NCBI GenBank assembly: GCA_963719085.1 | Contig: CAVRAL010000004.1 | Coordinates: 288,001-352,000 of the forward strand | DNA: 64,000 nt | Reading direction: 5' to 3' | From: a candidate division FCPU426 bacterium | GTDB taxonomy: Bacteria > Oederibacteriota > Muellerivitia > Muellerivitales > Muellerivitaceae | Part shown: in pieces, positions 9,650 to 20,175 of the stretch | Numbering within the stretch: the stretch's first letter is position 1 | How the letters are laid out: every line of letters begins with the position of its first letter | The notes under the pieces: model-generated | What the model was told of the DNA's origin: nothing | Seen by the model: only the letters and a program-made list of their open reading frames with translations | Database searches by the model: none | Program-made: the position numbers and the translations under genes

Positions 9650-10468
9650 TTAAGGCCGAAGGGTCAGGTAATAAAACAAAACAGGGGCGGTAAAAAGCAA
9701 ACTGTCGATCCGGTCGAAGATCCCGCCGTGACCCGGGAAAAAAGAGCCCGAGTCCTTGGCCGAAAGGCTGCGCTTGATCATGGACTCCACCAAGTCCCCC
9801 AATTGGCCGAACAACGACATTAAAACTGAAAGGATCAAGAGATCCTTCCATCCGAAAATTTCCTGGTAGACGGGGAAAAAGGCCCAGAGCGCCCAAAGAC
9901 CGGCGCCGCACAACAAAAGCCCCCCAAAAGCGCCCTCCCAGGTTTTTTTGGGCGAGACCTGCGGCGTCATTTTATGGTTTCCCAAAAAGCGGCCGGCGAA
10001 ATAGCCGCCCGTGTCATAAGCCCAGGTGGCCACATAAACGAATAATAAAAGCCAGGACCCCCGGGGCAGGTCGCGCAAAAGCAGGAAGTATCCGCCTAAA
10101 AACCCAAAATAAAGCGTGGCGAAAAAGATCAAGCCTACCGAGCGAAGCATGTCCTGGGGAGGCCGGGGGGAAAAAAGAAAAGTCAAGGATAAGGCAAAGA
10201 GGGCGAACACCACCGATTCACGGTCCTTAAAAAACAAGAGCGAAGGGTCAAACGCGGGCGCCAGAATGACCAATAGACAAACATAGGACGCCCACGGTAC
10301 GGCCTTGGCTTTTTTATCCGGGGACATTTGAAACCACTCGTGAAGGGCCAAAATCAGGGCCACCGCCACCAGAATCTTGAAGGCCAGCGGTTGGGGATAG
10401 AAGGTGACGGCTAAAAGCAAGGGCATGGCGATGAGGGCGACTAAAACCCGTTTGGCTAAAGGTCCCAT
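9650..10468 (-). CDS. cdsA: Phosphatidate cytidylyltransferase
   Basis: SPKKTWEG and GDLVESMIKR..KDSG..PGHGGIFDRIDS; follows uppS. Confidence 0.95.
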   Translation of the reverse strand: MGPLAKRVLVALIAMPLLLAVTFYPQPLAFKILVAVALILALHEWFQMSPDKKAKAVPWASYVCLLVILAPAFDPSLLFFKDRESVVFALFALSLTFLFSPRPPQDMLRSVGLIFFATLYFGFLGGYFLLLRDLPRGSWLLLFVYVATWAYDTGGYFAGRFLGNHKMTPQVSPKKTWEGAFGGLLLCGAGLWALWAFFPVYQEIFGWKDLLILSVLMSLFGQLGDLVESMIKRSLSAKDSGSFFPGHGGIFDRIDSLLFTAPVLFYYLTLRP

Positions 10469-11226
10469 GTCACGCTCCCGGACTTATTTTCAACGCCGCC
10501 GAAACGCCGGTCGCGTTTTTGAAATTCCCGCAAGGCACCCACCAGGGCCTTTTTCCTAAAGTCGGGCCAAAGGGTCTTGGTGATATAAAACTCCGAATAA
10601 GCCAGCTCCCACAAAAGGAAATTCGACAACCTTATTTCCCCGCTGGTGCGGATTAAAAGATCCACCGAGGGAAACCCGCCCGTGGATAGCGCGCGGGTGA
10701 TGTCGCCTTCGGTGATTTTCGAGGGCTTCAGCCGGTTTTCTTTCACCCGAGCCGCCAATTTCCGGAAAGCCTCGGCCAGGTCCGCCCGACCGCTATAAGA
10801 AAGCGCCAAAACCAGTTTCAATCCCGTGCAATGGGCGGTGGCCTTCATGGCGTTTTTAAGCTCGGTTTGGATTTCGGCGGGCAGATCCCGGGTGCGGCCG
10901 ATGGTTAAAAGCCTCACGTTATTTTTTAAAAGCTCCGCCACTTCCTGCCGCAAATAGCGCTTCAGTAGAAGCATGAGAAGCCGGACTTCCTGGCGGGGAC
11001 GTTTCCAATTTTCGGTCGAGAAAGCGTAAAGGGTCAAAACTTCCACGCCCACTTCGCCCGAGAGGCGGACCACTTCCCGGACCGATTCCGCCCCGGCCCG
11101 GTGCCCGGCGATTCTCGGGAGCGAGCGCTTTTTAGCCCAACGGCCGTTTCCATCCATGATGATGGCCACATGGCGGGGAATTTGGGGGGTGAGCCTGTAT
11201 TTCTTCAGGAGGGATTCAGTGGCCAT
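10456..11226 (-). CDS. uppS: Undecaprenyl diphosphate synthase
   Basis: HVAIIMDGNGRWA, YAFSTENWKR, DLLIRTSGEIRLSNFLLW. Confidence 0.96.
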   Translation of the reverse strand: MATESLLKKYRLTPQIPRHVAIIMDGNGRWAKKRSLPRIAGHRAGAESVREVVRLSGEVGVEVLTLYAFSTENWKRPRQEVRLLMLLLKRYLRQEVAELLKNNVRLLTIGRTRDLPAEIQTELKNAMKATAHCTGLKLVLALSYSGRADLAEAFRKLAARVKENRLKPSKITEGDITRALSTGGFPSVDLLIRTSGEIRLSNFLLWELAYSEFYITKTLWPDFRKKALVGALREFQKRDRRFGGVENKSGSVTWDL

Positions 11227-11279
11227 GGGGTAGACGGGGCTTGCCTTTCACAGGGTTCGCCGGGGGGCGGAGCCTTCGG

Positions 11280-11837
11280 TCAGAATTCCAAAATTTCCTT
11301 TTCCTTATGCTCGGACAGCTTCTTGATCTCATCGGTGTATTGGTCGGTCATTTTTTGGATCCGGTCCTGGTTCTTTTTGATCTCGTCCTCAGGCATGGAT
11401 TTTTTCAGCTGATCCAGATGCTTGTTCGCGTCTTGGCGCACGCCCCGGACCACGACCCGCCCTTCCTCGGCGTGTTTGTGGACCAACTTGACGAATTCTT
11501 TGCGGCGTTCCTCGGTCAAGGGCGGCATATTGATGCGGATCAGTTTACCGTCATTATTGGGGGTCAGGCCTAAGTCGCTTTTGAGGATGGCTTTTTCAAT
11601 GTCCACCAAGGCCTTCGCGTCCCAGGGCTTTATTTCCAAGGTGCGGGAGTCGGTGGCCGAGATATTGGCGACCTGGTTCAAGGGCACGTAAGAACCGTAA
11701 TATTCCACCTTGATGTTTTCCACCAACGAACCGGTGGCCCGGCCCGTGCGGATCGAGGAAAAATCCCGTTTGGTGGCCTCGATGGCTTTTTTCATCCCGC
11801 CTTCGGCTTCATTTAAAACTTCTTGGATATCGGCCAT
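11280..11837 (-). CDS. frr: Ribosome recycling factor
   Basis: IRTGRA, LGLTPNNDG, PPLTEERRKE; RBS before the ATG at 11837. Confidence 0.96.
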   Translation of the reverse strand: MADIQEVLNEAEGGMKKAIEATKRDFSSIRTGRATGSLVENIKVEYYGSYVPLNQVANISATDSRTLEIKPWDAKALVDIEKAILKSDLGLTPNNDGKLIRINMPPLTEERRKEFVKLVHKHAEEGRVVVRGVRQDANKHLDQLKKSMPEDEIKKNQDRIQKMTDQYTDEIKKLSEHKEKEILEF

Positions 11838-11868
11838 GGCAACTGTCTCCTTCCGAGGACTTGAGGCG

Positions 11869-12609
11869 CTACCGGACCAGCGTTCCAATGGGTTCTCCCC
11901 AAATGACGCGCTTGATGTTTTCTTTTTGCTTCAGGCTGAAAACCACGATCGGCAGCTTGTTTTCCATGCAAAGGGTCAGGGCGGTCGTGTCCATCACCCG
12001 AAGGCGGCGGTTGATGGCTTCCAGATAAGTGAGGGTCTTGAACTTTTTAGCTTTCGGGTCTTTTTTCGGGTCCGCGCTGTAGATGCCGTCCACGTTGGTG
12101 GCCTTCAAGATGGCGTCGGCGCCGATCTCGATGGCGCGAAGCGCCGCGGCCGTATCCGTGGTGAAATAGGGGTTCCCGGTTCCGCCGGCGAAAATCACGA
12201 TGCGGTTTTTTTCCAAGTGGCGCATAGCGCGGCGGCGGATGAAGGGCTCGGCGACCTTGGACATTTCAATGGCGCTTTGCACCCGGGTAAAGGCGCCGAG
12301 TTTTTCCAAGGCGTTTTGAAGGGCCAGCGCGTTGATCAGGGTGGCCAGCATGCCCATGTAGTCGCTGGAGACGCGGTCCATACCCATCTTTTCGCCGTCG
12401 GCACCGCGGTAAATGTTCCCGCCGCCGATGACCAGGGCCACCTTCACCCCGCTTTTGTGGACCCCGTATACGGCCTTGGCGATTTCTTGCACGACGACCG
12501 CGTCGATGCCGTAGCCTTGGCTGCCCGCCAGGGCCTCCCCCGAAATCTTCAACAACACTTTCTTATAGAGAGGCTTCTTTTTGGGCCCCGCGGGGGAAGA
12601 AGCCTTCAT
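11869..12609 (-). CDS. pyrH: UMP kinase
   Basis: [28 protein letters not shown]. Confidence 0.97.
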   Translation of the reverse strand: MKASSPAGPKKKPLYKKVLLKISGEALAGSQGYGIDAVVVQEIAKAVYGVHKSGVKVALVIGGGNIYRGADGEKMGMDRVSSDYMGMLATLINALALQNALEKLGAFTRVQSAIEMSKVAEPFIRRRAMRHLEKNRIVIFAGGTGNPYFTTDTAAALRAIEIGADAILKATNVDGIYSADPKKDPKAKKFKTLTYLEAINRRLRVMDTTALTLCMENKLPIVVFSLKQKENIKRVIWGEPIGTLVR

Positions 12610-12612
12610 GGC

Positions 12613-13203
12613 TTACTCCCCGACTTGGAGCCGGGCGAACCGGCGAACCACGACGTTTTCGCCGACCTTGGCGGCCACTTCGGTGACGTATTGTTTCACG
12701 GTTTTTTTCGCTTCCCGGATATAGGGCTGTTCCAAAAGGCAAACCTGTTTGTAATAGCTCTCGATTTTGCCCTCGGCGATCTTGGTCTGCACGGCCTCGG
12801 GCTTGCCCGATTGCTTGGCTTCGTTCAGGTAAATCTCGCGTTCTTTTTCAAGCTCGGCGGCCGGGACTTCTTCCCGGGTGACGTACTTGGGGGTCGAGGC
12901 GGCCACCTGCATGGCCAACTCTTTGGCCAGGGCTTGGAAGTCGTCGGTCTTGGCCACGAAATCAGTCTCGCAGTTCAGCTCCACCATCACGCCCAATTTT
13001 CCGGCGTGCACGTAGGTCCCGATCACGCCCTGGGACGCCGCGCGCCCCGCGCGCTTGGCCACTTGGGCCGCCCCGCGCTCGCGCAGGTAGGCCACGGCCT
13101 TTTCCAAATCACCCGACGTCTCCGTCAGGGCTTTTTTACAATCCATCATGCCCGCGCCGGTCTTTTCGCGCAGGTCGCTTACCATCTTGGCGGTCACTTC
13201 CAT
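12613..13203 (-). CDS. tsf: Elongation factor Ts (short form, about 196 aa)
   Basis: [16 protein letters not shown] and [19 protein letters not shown]. Confidence 0.96.
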   Translation of the reverse strand: MEVTAKMVSDLREKTGAGMMDCKKALTETSGDLEKAVAYLRERGAAQVAKRAGRAASQGVIGTYVHAGKLGVMVELNCETDFVAKTDDFQALAKELAMQVAASTPKYVTREEVPAAELEKEREIYLNEAKQSGKPEAVQTKIAEGKIESYYKQVCLLEQPYIREAKKTVKQYVTEVAAKVGENVVVRRFARLQVGE

Positions 13204-13252
13204 TTTGAACATCCTCCTAATAATTTGGGGGCCAAAAATCTTCAAAGGAATT

Positions 13253-13361
13253 TTTCACCACGAAGGTCGCAAAGTTCACGAAGTTAAAGAAAAACCAGCT
13301 TGTTCTTCAACTTGAAATTCTCGCCGCCTCGCTTCGTGCACTCAGTGAACTTCGTGGTAAA
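13253..13361. repeat. Intergenic imperfect palindrome, CACGAAG-unit type
   Basis: TTTCACCACGAAGGTCGCAAAGTTCACGAAG ... CTTCGTGCACTCAGTGAACTTCGTGGTAAA, between rpsB and tsf. Confidence 0.75.
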
Positions 13362-13372
13362 TATTTTTAAAC

Positions 13373-14335
13373 TTACTCGTCGCGGGTGCGCTTGGTGCGA
13401 ATCCGCTCGACTTTTTGGTTGGCCAATTCATCCGCCAAGGCGGCCACCGTGGTGATATCGCCGGCCAAGTGGCTGACGTCGGACACCAGCAGTTCGGACA
13501 CTTCTTTCTTTTCTTCCGCGACCTCGGCGGCGACTTCCTCAGCCGTTTCACCTTCGGACGGGACGCTGATTTCTTGCGCGGCGGCGGCCAAAAGCTCTTG
13601 GGCCACCTCACTGGTGGCGGAACCGCCCTCGGCGGAAACCTCGCGGCCTTCCAATTCCTTGGAACGGCCTTCCAGAATGGCGCTGGCCATGACCGAGGTC
13701 ATGAGCTTGACGGCGCGGATGGCGTCGTCGTTGCCCGGAACCACCACGTCAATTTCCTCAGGGTCGCAATTGGTGTCGACCACCGCGATGACCTTGATGC
13801 CGAGCTTGCGGGCTTCTTGGACCGCGATGTGTTCTTTCTTGGTGTCGATGACGAAGATGGCGCCCGGCAGTTTGTTCAGATTCTTGATGCCGCCCAAGGA
13901 GCGCTGCAGCTTTTCCTTGTCCTTGCCCAAGATGGCTTGTTCTTTTTTGGAACGCTTGGCCATTTCCAGGTCCGAGATGCTTTCCAATTCTTTCAGGTAG
14001 CCGATGGACTTTTTGATGGTGGCGAAGTTGGTGAGCATGCCGCCCAGCCAGCGGTAGTTGACGTAGTACATGCCGCAACGTTCAGCTTCTTCCTTAATGG
14101 CGTCTTGGGCTTGCTTCTTGGTTCCGACGAAAACAACCGTTTCGCCCGAGGCCGAGAGTTCTTTCACGTACTGATAGGCTTCTTTAAGTTTCTTGACCGT
14201 CTTTTGCAGGTCGATGATGTGGATGCCGTTGCGTTCGCCGAAAATGTAGGCGGCCATCTTGGGATTCCAGCGGCGGGTTTGATGTCCGAAATGGACACCC
14301 GCTTCCAACAATTGCTTCATCGAGACAGACATCAT
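13373..14335 (-). CDS. rpsB: 30S ribosomal protein uS2 with acidic C-terminal extension
   Basis: [36 protein letters not shown]. Confidence 0.98.
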   Translation of the reverse strand: MMSVSMKQLLEAGVHFGHQTRRWNPKMAAYIFGERNGIHIIDLQKTVKKLKEAYQYVKELSASGETVVFVGTKKQAQDAIKEEAERCGMYYVNYRWLGGMLTNFATIKKSIGYLKELESISDLEMAKRSKKEQAILGKDKEKLQRSLGGIKNLNKLPGAIFVIDTKKEHIAVQEARKLGIKVIAVVDTNCDPEEIDVVVPGNDDAIRAVKLMTSVMASAILEGRSKELEGREVSAEGGSATSEVAQELLAAAAQEISVPSEGETAEEVAAEVAEEKKEVSELLVSDVSHLAGDITTVAALADELANQKVERIRTKRTRDE

Positions 14336-14339
14336 GGAC

Positions 14340-14522
14340 AGACTCCTTTTTAGTTAAGCCACCGCTTTTCCATTTCCCCCGCTTCGAGGGAACCCTATCC
14401 ATCCCGCCTTTTAGGCGAAAGACACTCAAGGGCGTTTGAAGTAGCGTGTGAAATAGGCGAAGGCTTACGCCTTCTTACCTTCCCCCTTGACCCTAAGGCG
14501 GGGGGTGCAAGGTTATAGCATG
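14340..14522 (-). promoter_or_regulatory. rpsB extended -10 promoter and long 5' leader (probable S2 autoregulatory leader)
   Basis: Minus strand TGcTATAAC at about 14512-14520, followed by a leader of about 170 nt with hairpins. The regulatory function is inferred from rpsB leaders in other bacteria. Confidence 0.45.
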
Positions 14523-14544
14523 AAATTCACTGATTTCACAATAT

Positions 14545-16773
14545 CTATCGGGGGGGTGAGACCACCAGTGGATCGGGGCCCATTTTCAACAATAAAACAC
14601 CTCCCCGGGTCAGGGTGTCATGGGTTAAATGATAGGATTTTTCAGGAATTCCGTTTAAATCCATGGATTGGATATAAGCGTTCTTAGGCGAATTATTCAG
14701 GGTTTTGACCACTAAGTTATCCCCCGCGTAAAAGGACTTATCAATCTCCACTTCGACCCTTTGAAAAAGCGGGCTTCCCACCTGATAAAGCCCGCTGGCC
14801 GAGCCCAGGGGATAAAAACCCATCGCCGAAAAGACATACCAGGCCGACAGGGTGCCGGACTCGTCATGCCCCGGCAGGCCGTCGGCGTTGGGGCCGTAGT
14901 TTTGGTCCAGCGAGTGCCGGACATATTTCTGCGCCCGCCATTCGCTCCCCGGCACCTCGTCAAAAAGATAGGGATCGGCCATGTCCGCGGGATTACCCGG
15001 GTCATAATCCCCTTGAGTCAGGCCGGTTTCCAAGCGCTTGGTGAATCCCACGTCTCCGCCCAACAATAACTTCAGGCCGTCCAAATCCTGGGGAACATCG
15101 AACAAATACTGCCAGGCCGTGCCTTCATAAAATCCCGGTCCGCCGCTGCCCGGCCAAGTTTGGTCACAACAGGCGGCCTGCGGGTCAAAAGGCTCCAGAT
15201 AGGTTCCGTCCTGGTTCCGGGGCCTCAAGAAACGCGTTTTCGGATCGTAGAGGTTTCGGTAGGCCCCAATCCTGGAAAGCAAGACCTTGGCTTGTTCATC
15301 TTGACCCATCGCTTTGACCCATTGGCTTAAGGCAAAATAGGCTTTGGAATAGTCCAAACTGGCCGACACCGTGCCGGGCGACTTGTCATTCCCCGCCCCA
15401 TCCTGGGGAACAAAACCTTGTTTCAAAAAGAACCGAATGCCCCCGTAAGGGCCGCTGGAATCCCCCCGCAAGCCCTTGTCCATTTCCTCGGTGGCGGCCG
15501 GCGCGTCAAAAGCGGTGAGCCCCTTCAAATAACTGTCCGCGATCACCGCGGCGGCCGGGAATCCAACCCCGACGCCGCTCTCCTCGCCCGCGAACTCAAA
15601 ACGCGGCAAAGCCGATCCCTCTTTTCCCATTTCAACCAAACTTTTCACCATGTCCAGTTCGACTTTGGGATATACCAAGCTGAGCAGGGGATGAAGCGAA
15701 CGCTGGGTGTCCGCCAAGTCAAAAAAGGAATAACGGGTATAGTCCTGCGCGGTTTTCACGCCCGAATGTTGAAATCCCTGGTACTGCCCGTTCACGTCGC
15801 TAAAAACGCAGGGCTGAAGCAGGCAATGATAGAGGGCCGTGTAAAAAATTTTTTGGGCGGCGGGATCGCCCCCGGTAATTTTAATTTTAGAAAGTTCCCC
15901 ATCCCACGCGGCCAGGGCCTGGCGCATGGCCGCCTCAAAATCCCAGTCCGGGATCTCGGTTTCCAGATTCAATTCGGCGTTTTCCACGCTGACATAGGAG
16001 ACCCCCACCTTCACCTCGATCGATTCGCCCGCCGCGGTGGAAAAACTGACGAAGGCCCCGACGTCCGCGCCTTGCTGCTGCGGCTCGGCCGAAAGTTTTC
16101 CGTCTTTCCAAGTCCCCGTCTTTTCAGCGGCCTTGCTGAACCGCGCCACGAAATAAATTTTTTGCCGGTTGCCGGAATCAGGCTTTCCAAAGTCGCCGCT
16201 TTCGCTCACTCCGGAGATTTCTTGGTTGGAAACGATCTTGACGCTGGACTCGGTCGGGTGCCGGGCCCTCACGCTGTCGGTGGCCAACCGCGCGCCCGCG
16301 TCCACCAGGATGTTGGCGTCGCCGTCACAAGCGGGAAAGGTGTAACGGCTAAACCCCGTGTGGCAGGCGGCGGTCATTTCCGCCAAAAGTCCAAAGGTGG
16401 TCAGCCGGGTTTTGTAATACCCCGGGAAGGCGCTCTCGGAATCGTAGGCGCTTTTCCGGGCCTCCGGGTCCATTTGAATTTTTCCCGTGGTGGGCATCAA
16501 TACCACATTCCCCAACCCCGGGGTTTCAGCGCCGCTTAAATGAAGGTGCCCAAATCCATAAAGGAAGGGACGGCCTGAAATGTACCCCGAGGGTGATTGC
16601 AAGTCGTTATGCGGGCTTACGGAGACCATGCCCCAAGGAATCGACGCCCCCGGAAAAGTATTTCCACCATTGGCTGTGCCCACGAAACAATTCACCAGTG
16701 TTACCGGGCCATAAGTTGGCGCCGCGGCGAGGCCCAAGCCATGGAAAAAAAACAGCGTTGTCACGAAAAACAT
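14545..16773 (-). CDS. GH92 family alpha-mannosidase-like protein, exported
   Basis: GNTFPGASIPWGMVSVSP, FYTALYH, FYEGTAWQY, LSAWYVFSAMGFYP. Start codon uncertain. Confidence 0.88.
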   Translation of the reverse strand: MFFVTTLFFFHGLGLAAAPTYGPVTLVNCFVGTANGGNTFPGASIPWGMVSVSPHNDLQSPSGYISGRPFLYGFGHLHLSGAETPGLGNVVLMPTTGKIQMDPEARKSAYDSESAFPGYYKTRLTTFGLLAEMTAACHTGFSRYTFPACDGDANILVDAGARLATDSVRARHPTESSVKIVSNQEISGVSESGDFGKPDSGNRQKIYFVARFSKAAEKTGTWKDGKLSAEPQQQGADVGAFVSFSTAAGESIEVKVGVSYVSVENAELNLETEIPDWDFEAAMRQALAAWDGELSKIKITGGDPAAQKIFYTALYHCLLQPCVFSDVNGQYQGFQHSGVKTAQDYTRYSFFDLADTQRSLHPLLSLVYPKVELDMVKSLVEMGKEGSALPRFEFAGEESGVGVGFPAAAVIADSYLKGLTAFDAPAATEEMDKGLRGDSSGPYGGIRFFLKQGFVPQDGAGNDKSPGTVSASLDYSKAYFALSQWVKAMGQDEQAKVLLSRIGAYRNLYDPKTRFLRPRNQDGTYLEPFDPQAACCDQTWPGSGGPGFYEGTAWQYLFDVPQDLDGLKLLLGGDVGFTKRLETGLTQGDYDPGNPADMADPYLFDEVPGSEWRAQKYVRHSLDQNYGPNADGLPGHDESGTLSAWYVFSAMGFYPLGSASGLYQVGSPLFQRVEVEIDKSFYAGDNLVVKTLNNSPKNAYIQSMDLNGIPEKSYHLTHDTLTRGGVLLLKMGPDPLVVSPPR

Positions 16774-16867
16774 TGAGTGTTGGAATGCCCTTTTCAACTC
16801 TTGGTTTCCACCTTTCGGTTCGGCTGGTAGAATAATCATAAGTGATGAAACTCCACGGGAGCCTTCC

Positions 16868-17884
16868 ATGAACGTCCGACCCCAACTGGCCTCCATTCGC
16901 GCCCGCTACGGCACTCCTTACCACCAATGGATGACCCAGGAATTCGACGAATTAGGCTGGAAGCTGGTCCAAAAAAGTTTACTTCAAAAACGCTTCCATG
17001 ACGTGACTTTGTTGATTGAGGGGCCGGATAAACGCTTCGCCCTGATGAGCAAGCACAGCTATCCCCCCGGCGTTTTTCGCTCCCCCTCGGGCGGCGTGGA
17101 ACCGGGCGAGGACCTGGCCGCGGGGGCTTTAAGGGAAGCGATGGAGGAAACGGGCCTGCCCGTGGATCTTCGCCGCTTCATCCATCACATCACCCTGGAC
17201 ATCGTCTTTGAGAAGGACGTGGCCCGGTGGGATTCCTATATTTTTTACGCCACCACCAAAGAAACCGACCTTAAGCCCCAAGATTTAAAGGAAGTGAGGG
17301 AGGCACAATGGGCCACCCGGTCCCAAATGGAGCTGATGGTGCACCGATTAAGGGATACGGGTAACGGCGGCCTCATTTATCGGGGCAACTTGACCGAAGC
17401 CTCCCTTTGGGCGCTGGACAATCCGGTCCGGATTCGCGAAGCCAAGCTCCAGGACATGCCTGCGATTTCCCGGTCGCTGGTCGCCAACCTGATCGACAAT
17501 ACGGCCATGGACCAAACCTTGTGGTGGGTGGCGGAAGTGAACGGGGTTTGGGCCGGCACGGTGGGCATTATGCCCCAAAGCGATTGCGTGGAGTTGACGG
17601 GTTTGACGGTGGAACCGGCCTACCAAGCCAAGGGGTTGGGCCACGCCCTGGTCGAGTACGCCTGCGACCAATGGAACGACGCGGAAAAAAGAAAAAAACT
17701 CACCGCCGCTCGGAAGGTTTTTCTGAACGACAAGCTCTGGATCTTGACCCCGACACCCGCTTATTTTTTACCGGTCAATTTCGCCCTTACCTCAAGGGAA
17801 TTTCTTCCCGAAAGCCTGAAGAAAAAACTATCGGGCCCCAAGGCCCGCTGGTCCGCCATGCGCTACCAGCTTTATAAGCTGTAG
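16868..17884 (+). CDS. NUDIX hydrolase - GNAT acetyltransferase fusion
   Basis: Nudix box GGVEPGEDLAAGALREAMEETGL; C-terminal GNAT motif A LTVEPAYQAKGLGHALV. Confidence 0.8.
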   Translation: MNVRPQLASIRARYGTPYHQWMTQEFDELGWKLVQKSLLQKRFHDVTLLIEGPDKRFALMSKHSYPPGVFRSPSGGVEPGEDLAAGALREAMEETGLPVDLRRFIHHITLDIVFEKDVARWDSYIFYATTKETDLKPQDLKEVREAQWATRSQMELMVHRLRDTGNGGLIYRGNLTEASLWALDNPVRIREAKLQDMPAISRSLVANLIDNTAMDQTLWWVAEVNGVWAGTVGIMPQSDCVELTGLTVEPAYQAKGLGHALVEYACDQWNDAEKRKKLTAARKVFLNDKLWILTPTPAYFLPVNFALTSREFLPESLKKKLSGPKARWSAMRYQLYKL

Positions 17885-17892
17885 CGAATTTA

Positions 17893-18008
17893 TTTTCACC
17901 GCCAAGAGGCCAAGTTCGCCAAGAACACCTAAACATAGGCGTATGGAAATATTCAAAAAGAAAAAATTTAAAGCACTCAATGTTTTCTTGGCGTCTTGGC
18001 GGTGAAAA
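17893..18008. repeat. Intergenic palindrome, CGCCAAG-unit type
   Basis: TTTTCACCGCCAAGAGGCCAAGTTCGCCAAGAA ... TTCTTGGCGTCTTGGCGGTGAAAA, between convergent genes. Confidence 0.8.
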
Positions 18009-18009
18009 A

Positions 18010-18705
18010 CTATTTAATACTTTTATTCCAGCGGGAAAACCAGTAGGAACCCAGAAGCGCCGTGGCGAAGCTGGCGACAGCCACCGGCAGCACATGGGCC
18101 GTGAGAAGATGGCTACGGGTCCAGCAAGGGCAGCAAACAAAAAGCGCGCCGGACGCCATGAGGAAGGCCGAGGTTCCGGACCAAAGACCGGTCACCGCGG
18201 GGCGGAAGCTGGCGTTTTTTGACAAGGTCAAACCCAGAATCACCCAAGGCAAAAGCCCGATGGCCAAAACCAGCGGGAAACAATAATCATCATCCAAATT
18301 TCCGCTGTCCACATCAGCCGCCGCGGCCGGAAAAAGAAACCAGGGCACCAAAACCAATCCGATCAAGGCCGCCCCTAAAAAGATCTTTTGCCAAAGCGCC
18401 AGGCCCCGTCCCGGGATTCCCGAAAGCACCGCGCCCCAAGCCGAAAACGCCGAAGCCAATAAAATAAAGCCCACGAATAAAACAAACCCGGGATTTTGAA
18501 AATTTTCGGCCATGTCAGGCCGGGGCTTCAGCCCGGCGATAAGGCCTCCCATGATGAGGCCCGTCAACCCCAGCCAGGCCAGCCATTGAACCAAGGGATT
18601 CTGGACGCGCCCAATCGAACCCGCTCCGGATTGGGTCAATTGGTCCACCAAGCTTTGATGCAAGCTGGAAGGGTTTTGTTTTACTTTAGCGGCCGTGCTT
18701 TTCAT
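18010..18705 (-). CDS. NrsF/DUF1109-like membrane anti-sigma factor (copy 1)
   Basis: About six TM segments, conserved Cys (YCF; CCPC) and HVLP; overlaps the ECF sigma stop codon. Confidence 0.75.
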   Translation of the reverse strand: MKSTAAKVKQNPSSLHQSLVDQLTQSGAGSIGRVQNPLVQWLAWLGLTGLIMGGLIAGLKPRPDMAENFQNPGFVLFVGFILLASAFSAWGAVLSGIPGRGLALWQKIFLGAALIGLVLVPWFLFPAAAADVDSGNLDDDYCFPLVLAIGLLPWVILGLTLSKNASFRPAVTGLWSGTSAFLMASGALFVCCPCWTRSHLLTAHVLPVAVASFATALLGSYWFSRWNKSIK

Positions 18706-19310
18706 TTGTGTCTGGTCTCCATCAAACTTTTTCGAAGATAAACATATCCGCGGTGGGCCCTTACCTTGAGCGCCGGCACCGAGATCCCGAGTTTCCGGGA
18801 GGCTTCTTCCAGGGAAAAACCCTGGATTTTTAAAAGTTCCACCGCCTGCCGGTTCATCTTGGGCAGGGCGCGAAGGGCGCGGTAAAGCTCGTCCGTCAGG
18901 CTTTCCGAATCGCCGTTGATTTCAGCCTCGGCCACATCTTGTAATTTTTCCGTCGGGATTTCCCGTTGGGTGACCCGCCGCCGCCGCCCTAAACTGACCA
19001 AAATGGAATTTCGCGCCACTGCAAAAAGCCAGGGCCCCAGCAGCCGCGCCGGGTCATAAGTCGGCAAGGCTTTATGTAAGGTCAAAAGAAGATCTTGGTA
19101 AGCGTCCAAGACTAAATCTTGCTGATAGACCCGCTTGCGGACATAACCCAAAAGAAGCGGGCCGATTTCATCCAAAAAGCGGCGATAGGCTTCCATGTCG
19201 CCCTGCTGGGCCTTTTCCATGAGAACCTGCCACGATTCCCATTGGAGCCGGTTTTCCTCGCTTTGAAAGCCGGAAGACCGGTTGGATTTTGGAACCCTGC
19301 CTGAGGCCAA
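18702..19310 (-). CDS. ECF RNA polymerase sigma factor (copy 1)
   Basis: PWLFAVARN (region 2) and LKVRAHRG (region 4); TTG start after an AGGAGAG RBS. Confidence 0.88.
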   Translation of the reverse strand: MASGRVPKSNRSSGFQSEENRLQWESWQVLMEKAQQGDMEAYRRFLDEIGPLLLGYVRKRVYQQDLVLDAYQDLLLTLHKALPTYDPARLLGPWLFAVARNSILVSLGRRRRVTQREIPTEKLQDVAEAEINGDSESLTDELYRALRALPKMNRQAVELLKIQGFSLEEASRKLGISVPALKVRAHRGYVYLRKSLMETRHK

Positions 19311-19329
19311 GAGTCTCTCCTGAGTAAAT

Positions 19330-19354
19330 ATCGTCGGACGGCCCACAATGTTAC
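19330..19354 (-). promoter_or_regulatory. Candidate ECF promoter GTAACA-N15-CGAT
   Basis: Lies just upstream of the RBS of sigma copy 1 and resembles the SigF/ECF16-type GTAAC promoter. Confidence 0.45.
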
Positions 19355-19485
19355 CGTAAATTAGACGAAATCGCAGGCGCGGAAGGGGCTTTGGGGTAAG
19401 AAACCTTCAAAAAAATAACCGGAATCCAATGAGAAAAACCTGTTTTTGGCGCGCTGAAAAAATTCCTTTTTTCACAAATGGAAAA

Positions 19486-20175
19486 CTACTTTTTCCAGCG
19501 GGAGAACCAAAAAAGACCGGCCCAGCTGGCCAACAGGGTGAACAGGGCCACGGGTAAAAGATGGGCCATCAGGATATGGCCCCATTCGTTATTGGGGCAA
19601 TGCAGTTGAACCGTGGTGGTTCCCAAAAGGAATGCCGACGCCCCGGTCCAGGCCCCGGTCCAGGCCGGTTTAAAAGCGGCGTTGCGGGAAACGATCCAGG
19701 CCAAAAGAATCCAGGGCGGCAAGCCCACCAAAGAGACCACGGTGAAACAACCCCATCCTTGCTTGAGCGTTTCGAGGGGGTTAAAAGCCTGGCTGTTGGC
19801 GGACAAAAATAAAATCGGCAAAGCGAAAAGCCCGGCCAAAACCAGTAAGGCCGTTATTTGATAAAGCTTCCCCGTCTGACGGCCCGGCACGCTGGAAGCG
19901 ATGGCTTCCCAAGCGGCCAGCGCCGCGCCGGCGAAAGCCAAAACCGCGAAAGTCAGCGAGGGCATTTGTCCCAGGGACGCTTCCAACCCCGGTTGAATCT
20001 TAATGACGGCCAAGGCCAGTCCCATCACGATGACCGACGCCGTCAGCCACAAACCCCACTGAGACCAGGCCGACGGGATCGGTTCCACGGCCCGGGTGTC
20101 GGACAAAATGTGACGGACCAAGTTTTTGTGGGCCTGGGTCATGTCTTTGGTTTTTTTGTGGATTCCCGCTCGCAT
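19486..20175 (-). CDS. NrsF/DUF1109-like membrane anti-sigma factor (copy 2)
   Basis: Paralog of 18010..18705; GCF, LHCP, AHLLP and FSRWKK. Confidence 0.78.
   Translation of the reverse strand: MRAGIHKKTKDMTQAHKNLVRHILSDTRAVEPIPSAWSQWGLWLTASVIVMGLALAVIKIQPGLEASLGQMPSLTFAVLAFAGAALAAWEAIASSVPGRQTGKLYQITALLVLAGLFALPILFLSANSQAFNPLETLKQGWGCFTVVSLVGLPPWILLAWIVSRNAAFKPAWTGAWTGASAFLLGTTTVQLHCPNNEWGHILMAHLLPVALFTLLASWAGLFWFSRWKK

Noticed and set aside
13373..13660. Acidic C-terminal tail of uS2 (and Lys-rich tails of TatA and the epimerase) as novel domains
   Set aside because: Low-complexity tails of this kind are common in these families.
11710..14353. Long plus-strand ORFs (525, 312 and 204 aa) opposite pyrH, tsf and rpsB
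   Set aside because: Antisense shadows of conserved genes in GC-rich DNA, with no motifs. The same applies to the ORFs opposite mtaB, GH92, polA, parA, the radical SAM gene and atpD.
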